DNA of 64,000 nucleotides from Lama guanicoe (lineage: Eukaryota): NCBI GenBank assembly GCA_013239625.1, contig MU054001.1:5000167-5064166 (forward strand). The letters run 5' to 3'. The notes beneath the pieces are model-generated. The model ran no database searches. It was given only the letters and a program-made list of their open reading frames with translations, and had not been told where the DNA came from. Shown piece after piece: positions 38,857-51,500 of the stretch (position 1 is the stretch's first letter; every line of letters begins with the position of its first letter). The position numbers and the translations under genes were made by a program.

Positions 38857-40844
38857 TGTGACAACACTAAAAATAAACATGACTGCTTTTTAGGTTTCTA
38901 ATGAATTTTCCTTCTCACATACATTGTCTCATTTAATGCTCACAATTCAGGAAAACACTTATCTATCAACATTAAATCATTATTTTTTAAACACATACTA
39001 TGTGGAAGATGGATAGGGAATGCCAAGGGAGTGATCAATCTGAATTATGGTGGCCAGGGAAGTCTCCCTTACACGGGAGAAAAGTGGAGGTTACACATCT
39101 CAGGGCACTCAATGGATATCCATCAAATGAAAAAATAAACAGTATGTAGCAGGTCAGGAGGTGATTTGTGCACTAACCTCTGAAAGATAAATTTGGGATA
39201 TTCTTGCAGTATCCCAAGCCAGAGATAATGAACCCTAAACAGGCAGCCGGATGAGCACAGCTCAAACAATAGGACATAAATTTAGAGTCAAGTTAGACGT
39301 GGGGGTTCCTAGGTGGGTGTAACTGTTGTCACGGGGATAGGGAAGGAAGGAGAGGACAAGAGTTTGGGTGACAGAGGGAAGGAGACAAAGTATGGGTCAG
39401 TTAAATATGCCTGCAGGATGTATAATCAGAGAGATCCAGCTGGCTCTTAGAATGACAGGTCTGGGATGCAGAGGCTAAGACTGGCCATACAAGATGGAGA
39501 ATCACTGGCATACAGATGGCAGTTCAGGCATGGGCACTGCCTGCCAGAGCCTCACCACGAAGAGAAGAGGAGGAGGCTGGAGACCCATCATCTCCCTCTG
39601 GATAATCCAGTCCTGTTTGTGAGCTCCATGAAAACAAGCTTTCCCCGAGACGGGGTCTACACTCAGTCAATATCTGTAGAATGACCGACTGTGCAGAGCC
39701 AGAGCCCTGAGAGCACGCCGTCGGTTCTACGTGGGTGTTTCTCTAGGTACCCTCCATCGCTGGAGCCGCCAGCCACCGCGGCTCTGCTAGGTACAGTCTC
39801 TTTAGTCAGCTCTCACCTCTTAAATTAGTTCATGCTCTCACATTAGGTGTAATCACAGCTGGCAATGCTTTCTGGGGATGTCTCAAAAAGATCTGAGTTG
39901 AAAAAATAGTTTGGTGTCAATTTAACTTAAAGTAAAACAGTTGCTTCTTCCCCTGCCCCTCCCCTTTCTCCTGGCAAACCCAGTGACCCCGGCGGGCAGG
40001 AGTCCCAATGCAGGCGAGGGTGAGGGTCGGAGATGAGGTCCCCCCCAGGTGATTTTTAAAACAAAAACAAAAACAAAAACAAAGGAGGCTGAGAAGCTCA
40101 AAGGAGTGACTGTAGGCGAGTCCAAGGCAGGCTTCCCAGAGTAGGGGAGAGCATAAGAGCATATCCTAGGCGGCGGCAGACCCCGCGGGCGGCGAGCCCG
40201 GAGGCCGAAAGGAGGTGCTGTCAGTCTGCGACGCACGACTCTCCAGATTCTCGGGCTCGCGCCGGGTCCCCGCCGGCTGCACATCTGCTCTGGCTCGCTG
40301 AGCACGCAGGTTCAAGATCGCCTGGCGGGGACAAAAGGACCATGTACCCTGGTGGGCAGCATCCCGACCCGCCTCAGCTTGCGGTCCGGAGTCACCTTCT
40401 TGCTTTGGATTTGACGGAGAGATCCGCTCACCCTCCTGCCTCCGCCGGATTAACAGCCTGAGTTTATCTCTAGGTCCCCGCCTTCCCGCAACCGGGCTGG
40501 AACGCGCCCTTCCTCTTACCCTCTACGCAGCTCCTCTCCCCCTGCCACCTTAGCAAATCTGTATTTTTACTTTCTCGTTTGTGACTACGTGTGTGTAAAG
40601 TTCTAAGTCAATGCGTTAGGCGAAAATTCATTCGCCTTGAAATTTCAAAATTACCCTTGAAAAATCGCCCATAAATCACAAGATTTGTTGTCTATACGCA
40701 AAGCAAGTACACGTGAATAAAACATACCAGAAAGGTGCATAGGAAATAAAAAGTGCGGATGCAAAATATAAATTTTAAGTGCAAAAGATTAAAATGGCAT
40801 CAGGAAAATGAACCTGCCTGCGACGCCACTGTACTTGTCACTGC

Positions 40845-40990
40845 CTCCTGCACTAGACTGTAAGAGGCACGAAGGCAGGCCTTATCTGTTTTTGCCCTCA
40901 CTGCGTCCTCAGCGCTTGTCCTGTGCCTGGCACTTCGTACGTGTTCAATGATCTATCTCGAATAAATGAACGAACGAATGAATGAATGCA
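40845..40990 (+). mobile_element. LINE-2 3' tail abutting the CpG island
   Basis: cactagactgtaag..gaaggcagg..tgtgcctggcac..gaataaatgaacgaacgaatgaatgaatg. Confidence 0.8.
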
Positions 40991-41266
40991 GGCTCGATCC
41001 AACTTCGCGCCCGCAGAGCAGGCGCTTCGAGAAGCGGGCGAGAGAGGCCCGCCCCAGCTCCAAGCTCTGGGCTGCGGGGCCGCGAAGGCGGACACTGGCC
41101 TCTAGGCCCCTGGCGCCTGCTCCCGGGCGCGGCACGTGCGCCTCTCTGGGTGGCCGCGGCGCACGCCCCGCCCCGCCCAGCCGCACACGCACGCGCCCTG
41201 CAGCCCGGCCGCCCGGCCAGCCTGCACGCCGAGGCTTACCCGCGCTCCGGCTGCCCCTCGCGCCTT

Positions 41267-41285
41267 CGCCCGCTAGGGGGCGCTC
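41267..41285 (+). promoter_or_regulatory. Candidate CTCF site upstream of CBLN1
   Basis: CGCCCGCTAGGGGGCGCTC closely matches the CTCF core consensus (CCACYAGGGGGCGCT). Confidence 0.55.
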
Positions 41286-41599
41286 ATCCCCCGCCCCTCG
41301 CGCCCACACGCGGGCTTCTCTAGGCCCCTTGCGAACCTATTCCGAACCCTGGGCGCGCGCGCCGCCTCATACCTGAAGGCCGGCGAGGGAGGCGGGCGGA
41401 AGGGCTGATGGGGCTGAACAAGACCGAGGAGGGAGGCGGGAGGTGATAGAGCGAGCGGCCGCAGCATACGGTCCGGGCTCGGGCGCGCGTGCGCGCTCCC
41501 GGCCCTCGCTCCCTCAGTCGACTCGCGGCCAGAGCCCAACCCTGCTGCCGCGCGCCACCCGTCTTGCCGCGCCTAATAACAACGGCGCCCGGGGTCAGG

Positions 41600-41820
41600 T
41601 GGCCGCGCGCGGACAGCCCCGTCATTGGCTCAGCGGGGAGCGCGGCACGCCGTGATTGGCTTGGGGGCGGGGCCTCGGCCTGAGCAGGGGCGGGGCTGTG
41701 GAGGGAGGCGGGCTGGGAGGCAGCAGGGGCGGGGCCAGGCCGCAGTCCGCGCCTTTGTGCCCGGCGCGCGCTCTCCAGGCCCGCTCCGGCTGCAGCGCTG
41801 GCTGCATCAATAATTCAGAG
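41600..41820 (+). promoter_or_regulatory. CBLN1: CBLN1 core/proximal promoter (TATA-less, 2 inverted CCAAT boxes and 3 GC boxes)
   Basis: ATTGG at 41624-41628 and 41655-41659. GGGGCGGGGC at 41664-41673, 41687-41696 and 41726-41735. Inside the CpG island, about 300-500 bp upstream of the ATG. The TSS cannot be fixed from sequence alone. Confidence 0.8.
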
Positions 41821-41844
41821 CGGCGGCGGCGGCGGCAGCGGCGG
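41821..41844 (+). repeat. (CGG)5 CAG (CGG)2 trinucleotide tract near the CBLN1 TSS/5'UTR
   Basis: Read directly from the sequence. Confidence 0.9.
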
Positions 41845-41892
41845 GTGCGGGCAGAAGGCGGCGGAAGCAGCGGGGATCGAGCGACAGTGGCT

Positions 41893-41931
41893 ATGCATCC
41901 AAGTGCGGCTGGGCAGCCACGGCACCCCTGA
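41893..41931 (+). other. Upstream ORF (MHPSAAGQPRHP*) in the presumed CBLN1 5'UTR
   Basis: ATG at 41893 (gctATGc, G at -3) and TGA at 41929-41931, downstream of the promoter motifs. Inclusion in the mRNA is inferred. Confidence 0.55.
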
Positions 41932-42405
<474 letters not shown>

Positions 42406-42542
42406 TGAAGGCTGGATTGGTGAGGGTCGGGGGAGAGTTGGTAGGTAGATGTTCGATCCTCTCCAAGGTCTCTCCGGAGACGCGGGGACAAGAGTTTGGG
42501 ACAGATTCTTGCCTACATCCCTTCGTTCCCGTCTCGTTATAG

Positions 42543-42698
<156 letters not shown>

Positions 42699-43005
42699 TA
42701 GGGGGCTATTAGCCACGGGGTTGAGCTGGCCCTATGCGGTGGGAGATAGAAGGGGCAGCTGCATGTGTCCGGGGCTGCTTGGAGGGACGGGAAGCAAGGC
42801 CTCACGGTTCTGTGGCTTAGACTTCTCTTGCTTCCCCTGTCATTGGTTCTTGGAACCTAGTTCCATCCCCAGGCATAATTTCCTACCTCTGCCTTCCCGG
42901 ACCCTCCAAAGAGGTTCCGCTACGGGACTCCAGGGATTTCCCTTAGAGATTGCTGTTAGCATTACAGACAGTTCCCGCTTCCGGAAGCTTTCCGAGATCC
43001 TCGCT

Positions 43006-43026
43006 TTCAGCACCACGGACAGTACC
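43006..43026 (+). promoter_or_regulatory. RE1/NRSE (REST-binding silencer) in CBLN1 intron 2
   Basis: TTCAGCACCACGGACAGTACC matches the canonical RE1 TTCAGCACCACGGACAGCGCC at 19/21 positions, with both half-sites perfect. Fits a neuron-restricted gene. Confidence 0.9.
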
Positions 43027-43702
43027 ACGAACCCTGTCCCAGCTCCGAAGCCTCTCGAGACCCTTGTGCGCTGGCGTTCAGCACCATGCTCAGGGGGTCT
43101 CCTGGGGTCCCTTTGCGGACCGACTCCGGTTTTTTAAAGAAGCAGCGCCGAGCCTTAGCAGTTGAAGGGTGGAGAGAAAAGGGAGGGGCGTAGTGCCATT
43201 CCCTCCTGGCTCCAGCCTTGCCCCAGCCAGCACTCACCTGCTCTCCAGGTTCCCAAAGGTGTCCAGGTTTTTTTGGGGCGGACACAGAGGGTGGAACGCG
43301 CAGCTGGGGAGAAGATACTGGGCCTTTGGCTGCTGATGCCACCGCAAGGGCAAAACCAGGCGGTGGCGGGCGGGGCTGGATCTGGGAAGGGAACTGAGCC
43401 CGAGGTTTGGGAATGAAGCACAGAGTGCCGCTCTGTGCGAGATTTCTCATCAGCCGGAAGCCTTGCCTGACTTCTCCACCGCGTCTCCGCTGTGTCCCGG
43501 CAGCCGAGACCAGGAGGAGCCAGGATTTTTGTTTGTTTGCTTGCTCGTGTTTGTTTTCCCGGAAGCGCCAGTTGCCTGATTTTCTCTTTGGGGCTGGGGG
43601 GAGGGCGAGGCCGAAGGTCTCTGGGTGCTTGAGCCACCTACGGATTCATTAAACTGGATAAAAGAACGCAGTCGGGATTCGATTTGCTCGCTTAAGAAAT
43701 GA

Positions 43703-44128
<426 letters not shown>

Positions 44129-45565
44129 CTGGCTCATTGCTGGAATGGAGGCAGGGAGAGGGCGAAGGCAGGCGGGGAAAACGATAAAAGAGGCTGAAAT
44201 TTAGAGGACGAGAAAGCGGCACGACTTGAAACTTCCTACATGTTCCCCAGCTGTATCCGAGTAAACGGTGCGCACCCGGCGGTCGGACAACTTTGTCCGT
44301 TTCCTCATTAGGAAAAGTAAATTCCGCTTAGCTCTGCGCACTTCCATTTCCAAAAATAAACTCGCCTCCCCCATTCCAGTTGCAGTAACCAACAAAGAGA
44401 GACTGCCTTGTCATTGTTTCTTACCCTAATGTTCATGTTCCCTACAATTTATATAAAAGAAACTTTGCATTTCACTGTATAATGTGAAATATCTTCCTCC
44501 TCTGAATCCCCTTCTGAATCTTTTCACCCGCTGAAATCTAGTATGTCCCTCCCCACTTTTTTATTTTGGAGAGTGGGATGTATTTTTTTTTTGAATGAGG
44601 GAGGTAGTTTCAATTTGGCAAGTATTGCTCTTCTTAAAACACTGCTCGAGTTAATTAACTGAAGATACTTTGTATCCTTGGCTACTTGTTAGCAGAGAAA
44701 GGACTCACCTTAGTGGTGACTGGTTTAAAAATACATATAAAAATATATATCATTTGTACACGAAGAACTCTTCCCAGTGGAAACTGCTGTATTTCCGTAT
44801 TTCTATGTCCTATTCGGAGTGATCGTGAAATCTAAGGCTGCCTGATGTTTTGAAGCTTGTCAATGCCCTCGTATTCTGTGGCTCCACTAAACGCCAGGAG
44901 GTTCTTCCGGACGCTTCCTCGTCCTCTGTAACATACGTGTGAATAGCCAAGATTTAATTTTGCTTTAATCCAATTAAGTTGAAGTGAGACTTTTACTTCT
45001 CTGAAACAGCTTTCTAAACTCCGCATCTTCCGCAGTTGCGAGATCTGGGGCCAAGGGTGCGGAAGGGCGAGATTCAGAGGTGTAGGGTACTTGGTGGAAT
45101 GCAACCTGAGAAAGGCCAGGGCTAGAGGGCTTCCTCGCGAAGTCGGCCTGCGCTCCTTTCCACGCCAGGCCTAGGGCCAGTGCAGCATTCAACTGTGCTC
45201 CCTGCTTTGGCGCAAACGGAAGAAATTTGGCCGAAATCTTGCTAGGCCACGCCCGGCTGCCGGCCTGGGAGCGCGAAGTTTGGGCTTGTAGTCCAAACGC
45301 ATCAGGAATAATCTCAGTTCGAGGAACCGGAACATTTCTGCCCGGAGCGTCACGCTTCCCACGCCTCTGCCTCCGGCCCTGCCGCTCCACAGACCCCGAA
45401 GCAGCGTCTGTTTTATACCGCCACCTCAACTCCGAGCGCGCCCCGGGACCCGCCGTGTTACCCGGCGCCTGGGGTCTGTGATTGCGCTCATCGCAGGACT
45501 TTTATTCAGGAGGTTAGTCCAGGAGTTTTGATTGTATCGGAACACAATGTGAAAAGCAAAACTGA

Positions 45566-45571
45566 AATAAA
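45566..45571 (+). terminator. CBLN1: Probable distal polyadenylation signal of CBLN1
   Basis: AATAAA with upstream TGTA (about 45533) and T-rich sequence downstream, giving a 3'UTR of about 1.45 kb. A more proximal AATAAA is at 44355-44360. Confidence 0.65.
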
Positions 45572-48500
45572 TGACTTCGTTTTGAATCTGGAAGTCTGAC
45601 CCAGTCGCTTCAGCAGCGGGGAGGTCGGGCGTGGGAAAGCAGATGGGCAGTCAAGGGGCAGAATCCTGGCCTGGATAGGCCCCTCTGGCTCTGGTCGTTT
45701 TAGAGGATTTTCGCTGGTCTAGAGATTCCGAAGTGAATTTAATTAGCTTCTGGAGGGTGGAGAGAAGTGGGACGAAGCGTTAATAATATCACAATAAGCA
45801 ATGTTTCTCAATGTATTCCTGCGACTCCTCTGATTTAGAGATTCAACAAGCACCCGGCTTGCGCTGAAACTCAAACCCAATTTCTCCCTGCACAATCCAG
45901 GGGGCGGGGTCTCTAGCCGGCTCCCCCCAACCCCCCGAGCCCCAGTGACCCGAGTCCCTCGGGGATGGGTAGGGACTTCGGGAGTGAGAACAGACCCGAG
46001 TGCTTTTCTGTTCCTGCCCCACCATTCTTCCCACCCCCTAGTCAAAACCCAGGGAAGTGGGGATGGGGTGGAATAAGGAGTCCTACAGGAACTTAAAGAG
46101 AAAAACTGCTCTTTTAAAAGCGGGACACTTTAAGAATTTTTTTTTCTCATTTTAAAAAAGTCGGGGTGTGATTCTAACCTATACCCTTTTCTGAACATTC
46201 TTCCGGTTGGGAGGGAGAAGTCGGGGAGAGCCTGAACCTTGGGCAGTGGAACTAGAGCTACCGACCTATTCGCTCTGAGCCAGCAGATCCAGCCCACCAG
46301 GCTCATGGACACACGCAGGCCAGGACTCATGGCCGAGAGGGCTGAGATAGTCACCGCCCAAGAGAGCTGCATCCCAAAACGTGTGCTTGGAGCTCACTCG
46401 CTGTGAGTGGGTGGGCACCCTTCTTCCTGAGGAGGGGACCACCAGGGTGGGACCAGTGTGCTGTGCTCCTGGGAAACTCTGGCAAGTCCTCTAGCTTGGC
46501 CTCAATTTGCCCATTTATATAAAGACAGTGAGGAACCCAAACGTCTCCAAGGGCCTTCTTGCCTAAAATTCCAGCCGTCCTCTGTTCCACCCAGTTATTA
46601 CCTGGGTTTAGTGAGTCCTGGCTGCAGCCTGGCTGATAGGGCTCCTGAGGGCAGCCTCTTGAATGCCAGGCCTGAAGCTGGGCTGGAGGCCAAGGGGAAG
46701 CCTGTACATCCAGGAACTCAGGCTCACTTTGAGCCCCTGCTCTGGGGCCTGACATGTGAACACAGAGGAGACCAAAGGGGCACCAGGTAGGATAGAGAGG
46801 GCAAAGATATCCGTTGATTCAGCTCTGGCTCCAGTTGGCCCTCTTCCTCCCCAGACCTTGACTTTGGAGACCCTTCTCAGTTCTTCCACCTGCTGATCCC
46901 TTCTCTCAGCCGTTGGATGAACCCTCTCCCACTAATGTCTTCAAGCCCCTGCACCTGCTGTTTCTTTGCTTCATGTTGAAGCACCCTTTTTCTCTTCCCC
47001 TACTTTTCAAAATTTTATCTTTCTGGGGATCTAAGTAGTTCAACTAAAGGGCTTCATCCTTCGGGAAGGGGTCCTGTCTGTACAGCACAGGCCCTGCCTT
47101 CCCAAGGCTCACCACCCTCTCCTCACTCTCCCACCAAGTCTTGTTTGGCACTGGCAGGGAGGGGACATTGGGACCTGGGCCTGTCTGTTGCTCTGCAGTG
47201 GGTTCTAGTGGCAGTGGTGACTCACATCAGCAAGTGCTGGAAAATGCTAAGCTGGCAGTGCTGCCCCAGGGGTGTCTGGGTGAAATGTGGGGGTTCTCCA
47301 CCTCTCAGCTCAGACCTGAGCCTCCCATTAGCCTGGGCGGGGCTATGGACAGCTCTCCCCAGGGATCTGGAGTTTAGAGGCCTAGCTGGGGCTTGACATT
47401 GGTGGTTAGGCTAACTCCCTCAATTCCGCAACAAAAGTGGGGGTGATCGTTACCTCTGCCAGAGGCAGATGAATCGACCTTCATTTGAAAATTGTGTCCC
47501 AGCTGCCAGGATGGTTGGGGATTGAGAGGGATAGAGAAAAAAGGTGCCATTAGCTCAGTGGCGACTGCCTCCCTGTCCCCAAACAGAGGCTGGGGTGAGG
47601 GGTGTGATTCTAAACTACACCTCACAGTAGCTTCCTTTAATGCTTAGAATCCTCTAGACCCTTCCAGATCTGGACCCCGCTTTCTGCTTTCATCTCAAAT
47701 AAACCTGATCAGAATTGAGCCTACAGGGTTCCAGGACCATCCCCTCATTCAGCCTCACCCTCTGAATGACTTCTCCCCTGCCTAGGTTACCTTAGTTATT
47801 TCCTCCTCTCCTGACTCAATAGTCACCTCCTCCGGGAAGCCTTCCTCACCCCAGATAAACAGAGAGGTTATATGTTTCTGATCTCCCTCTTTGGTATATG
47901 GTCTTTCTTACAAAACTGCCTCCTTTCCCACCCAGTTCCCTGAGGGCAGACCTGAGTTAGGGTCTGGTGCAGGGCAACTCGTGGGTTTCTAGGACACAAT
48001 GAGCCCAGACCTGACTTCCAGGCCCCGATTTTCCAAGGTAGGGTCGTGTGATTCTGGGCGCCCTCGGGCCAGCGTTGGACCCCTGGCGAGGAGCCAGAGT
48101 TACTGTCATTTGTGTTGTCTGCTGCGCAGCGCCAGGTTGTGTGAGGTCCCGCGCGGGCCCGGAGTTCGCTCGCTCGCTAGCTCGCCACTGCTTCCATCCT
48201 TAGCAGAGCTGGGAGCGCATCCTCCAAGCGGCGCTGGAGCTGATGCTCCCGGCCCTGGCGGATCCGCTCCTAATGAGAATATAATTATCCAGATGGAGAG
48301 GGAGCCTCACCCCACTCCATAATTGTTGCCTTAATGGAGGAGTGGAGGGAGAGTGCCAGGTGGAGCGAGGGGATCTGACGTTTCCACGCGGGCTGGATGG
48401 GGTTCTGCAACCCCGCCGACCCAGCAGAGGCGGGAAGACCTGGAGATGCGGGCGCCCCCTGCACTTGACCTCTAGCGCGATTGTGCGACCTGAGATTATG

Positions 48501-51500
48501 CTCTCCCCCAGCCTGAACCTCGATTTCCTCAACTCCTGAATGCAAAGGATGGGCTGGAAGACGTCTCAGGTTTCCTGAGGGGATCTAACTTTCCTGATCA
48601 ATGAGTCTGTGAGTCTGTCTTCTCCTACCCCCTATTCACAGTTTACATTTGGCCCAGTCTTTGTCACCCCTACCAGCTTTCAAGCAAAAGAGTGAATTTT
48701 TTTTTTCCCGGAGTCTGGGGGCGGCAAGCTGTGCGTTTGAACTGGAAGGTCAAACTGGGAGAGAAGTGCAGTGAGAGCCAGTTCAGTGGGAAAGAAAATC
48801 TTTCCCGGGAGCGAGGATTACAAAGGTTCTTGGCCTTTTTGCACAGGGCTTCTAACTGAAGATACATGCACTTTCTCTGAGCCTCAGTTTGCTCATATTT
48901 GAAATGGGAAGAGTAATGCCTTCACAGCAAAGTGGTTGCTAAAAGGTATAAAAAGTGTTCAGCACTGCCTGACATGTAGTAGGTGCTGAATAAATGCTAA
49001 CAACAATAAGGGGTGCTGGACACCTGGGACATCACACTATTACAGAAGCAAGACTAAGGGGGGACATCAAACAAATAGGAAAACTGAAACCAGAGGGGGG
49101 AAGGGACACAGAGCAAGTGAACTAGGACCCCCTGTCTGTTCTCTTCCCTACACCTTCATCTCCCCACCCACCTCCAGTCAATCATGATAACGGGATTTTT
49201 ACCTTGTCTTTCATCTCCACCCCCATTCTACATATATTTGCATCAGTCACTGTGAATCAATATTCTGTCTGCATGTCCACACACTCCCCCATTAGGGTAT
49301 GGGTCCTGTTTGCATATCTGTGTCCCTTTAGAAGGTGAGCCCCTCGAAGGCAGGAACTGCATTCTGCTCATCTTGCTTGGCTCAGTGCCTCCTGTAGTGC
49401 ACAGGTGACCTGTGGTGGGGTCAGGAGTGAAAGCAAACTATGCCTGGCATGATTGCAGCCAGTGACACGGTCCTTCAGAGGAACTCTCAGTTGTGGACCC
49501 ACCTGCATCACCGATAGGAACGCTAACATGATAGTGCTCCTAGACCCTGTGCTGGCAGGGAAACCTTCCCAGGCACCGGCATTTGCTCTCACCTATTCCC
49601 GTTTCACTCTGTGCTCAGCCTGTCCCTGGGAAGTCCCAGCTTTGACCCTGGAATGGCAGTGAACAGGGGCAGTGAAGAAGAGGCCAAGATTAGACTCATG
49701 GGTTAGTGTTTGGATTTGTTGTTAGGTCTTCACACTGGAAAAATACTTCTGGCAGCAGTGAGGAGACACTGAAGCTGAAGTCAGAAAGGAGAACTTTATG
49801 ATTATGAAGGGATTTTTTTTTACACTCTTCAATTGTTTATTTCATAATCAGATACTGTAGAAGACAGAAACCCAATTGTATTTAGGTTGAAAGCAAAACC
49901 TGGCCACAGCCCAGAGCCCAAGGAGGTCTTTGTTCACCCTGCTGAACTCTGAAAGGGTCAGGGAGGAGGTGCAGAAGAAGGGAGTCAGGGAAAGAAGCAG
50001 GCTCCATTCTGACCTTGAGCTCCACCTCATCAACAAAGTCCTCTCTGAACCCCACCCGTTAGAGCCTGGCTCTCTACTGAGCACCTGAACTGTCCTATTC
50101 AGATCACACCTTGACCACAACTCTGTTGGACACTAAACGCCATGGGAATCAGCCCTTATCTGTGTTTTCCCCCAGTGCATCCAGAGCCTGGCACAGTGAA
50201 GGGCTTGGAGGTGCTCTATAAATGCTCCCTGAATGAATGAGTGAGGGAACACATGAATGAGTGGGCAGAAGTGTGTGTGTGGGGGGTTACTGGTTGCATC
50301 ATGTGTGCATTTGTCTGGTCCTCCAGACTGTGAACTCCATGAAAGTATCTACCTTGTTTTTGGCCTTACTTACATTTTCAGTGTCTAGCACAGTGCCTGG
50401 AATAGAATCAGCATGAAAAATATTTCCTAAATGAATGAAGAATTACAGTACTTTTGACAATAGGATTCCCTGGACTGTGGGATTCTGGAGTGCAGGCTTG
50501 GTATTGTGCCCCTCCTGAAATCCCCAATATCCCCATGAACAGCCACACTTATTTTTAGAACAAAATTGAATTGTACCTGTTGTCTGAAGTTGACCTTATA
50601 GCACAAGTATTCCTTGCTGCTTGCGCCACCCCACCCCCAACATACTGTCAGTTCCTTAGAGAGCAGGGGCCATATTTTATTTTCCAAAGGGCAGGAATAT
50701 CCTTCCCTTCCCCCAACACCTAATAACATGAGTCAGTATTGGCTGATTGGTTGTCTATTCCAGGATCAAGCCATTAAGTCTGTGCAGTGGGTGGAGTTCA
50801 AGACCCTGGTGATGGTATCAGTCAGCTGGTGAAGCCCAGAACAATTTTTCATGGTGCCGGCAGAAAGGCTGGGTGTAAGCAGAAGCCACACAGTGTCTTG
50901 GTCAATGATGGAGCTGGAATTTCCCCGGCAGACCCTGGCTTGTGGCTAGGCATGGGCTCTCTGGGGTTTTGCTCTAGCTAAATGCAGAACGACCTCTGAA
51001 ATCCCCTCACAGTTTTGGATTCTGTTGCAGACCACGGAGGTGGAGTGGGCTCAGTTGGTTTCCTCTAAAGAAAACCAAGGAGTCCCCCAAATCCCCCTCC
51101 TTCCTCAGACCCAGTGTCCAGCTGAGACTTTAGTTCAACAGAGAGTTCTCTGGAATGCTCTGCTAGCAGGCAGCAACCTGCTTACTCAGGTGATGCTCCA
51201 AGAGCCCTTTCTTCCATCATCAGAAATTACTGCATGCTTTCAGGGAAACTTTCACAGAGGGAAGAGGGAATTAAAAAGAGAGGCCACTGGGCACCGTGTC
51301 CTCCTCCTTTAAAAGGGAGCTGTGTGCTCTGCCCAGATCCTGTATTGGACAGACTCTCCTTTGTATTCTGAGAGGCTCAAAAATAAACTCCCCAATGTGT
51401 ACTTCCGCTGAGAAGTTCAGATGGTTTTATAATGACTGAGTGGCTCCAAATATGGAATTAAAATGCAGCTGATGAGAAGCCTGCTATTTTACTAACTCAT

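Noticed and set aside
1..40000. A second protein-coding gene upstream of CBLN1
   Set aside because: No ORF in the track resembles a known non-TE protein and I could not assemble a credible exon chain. Short or non-coding exons cannot be excluded by eye.
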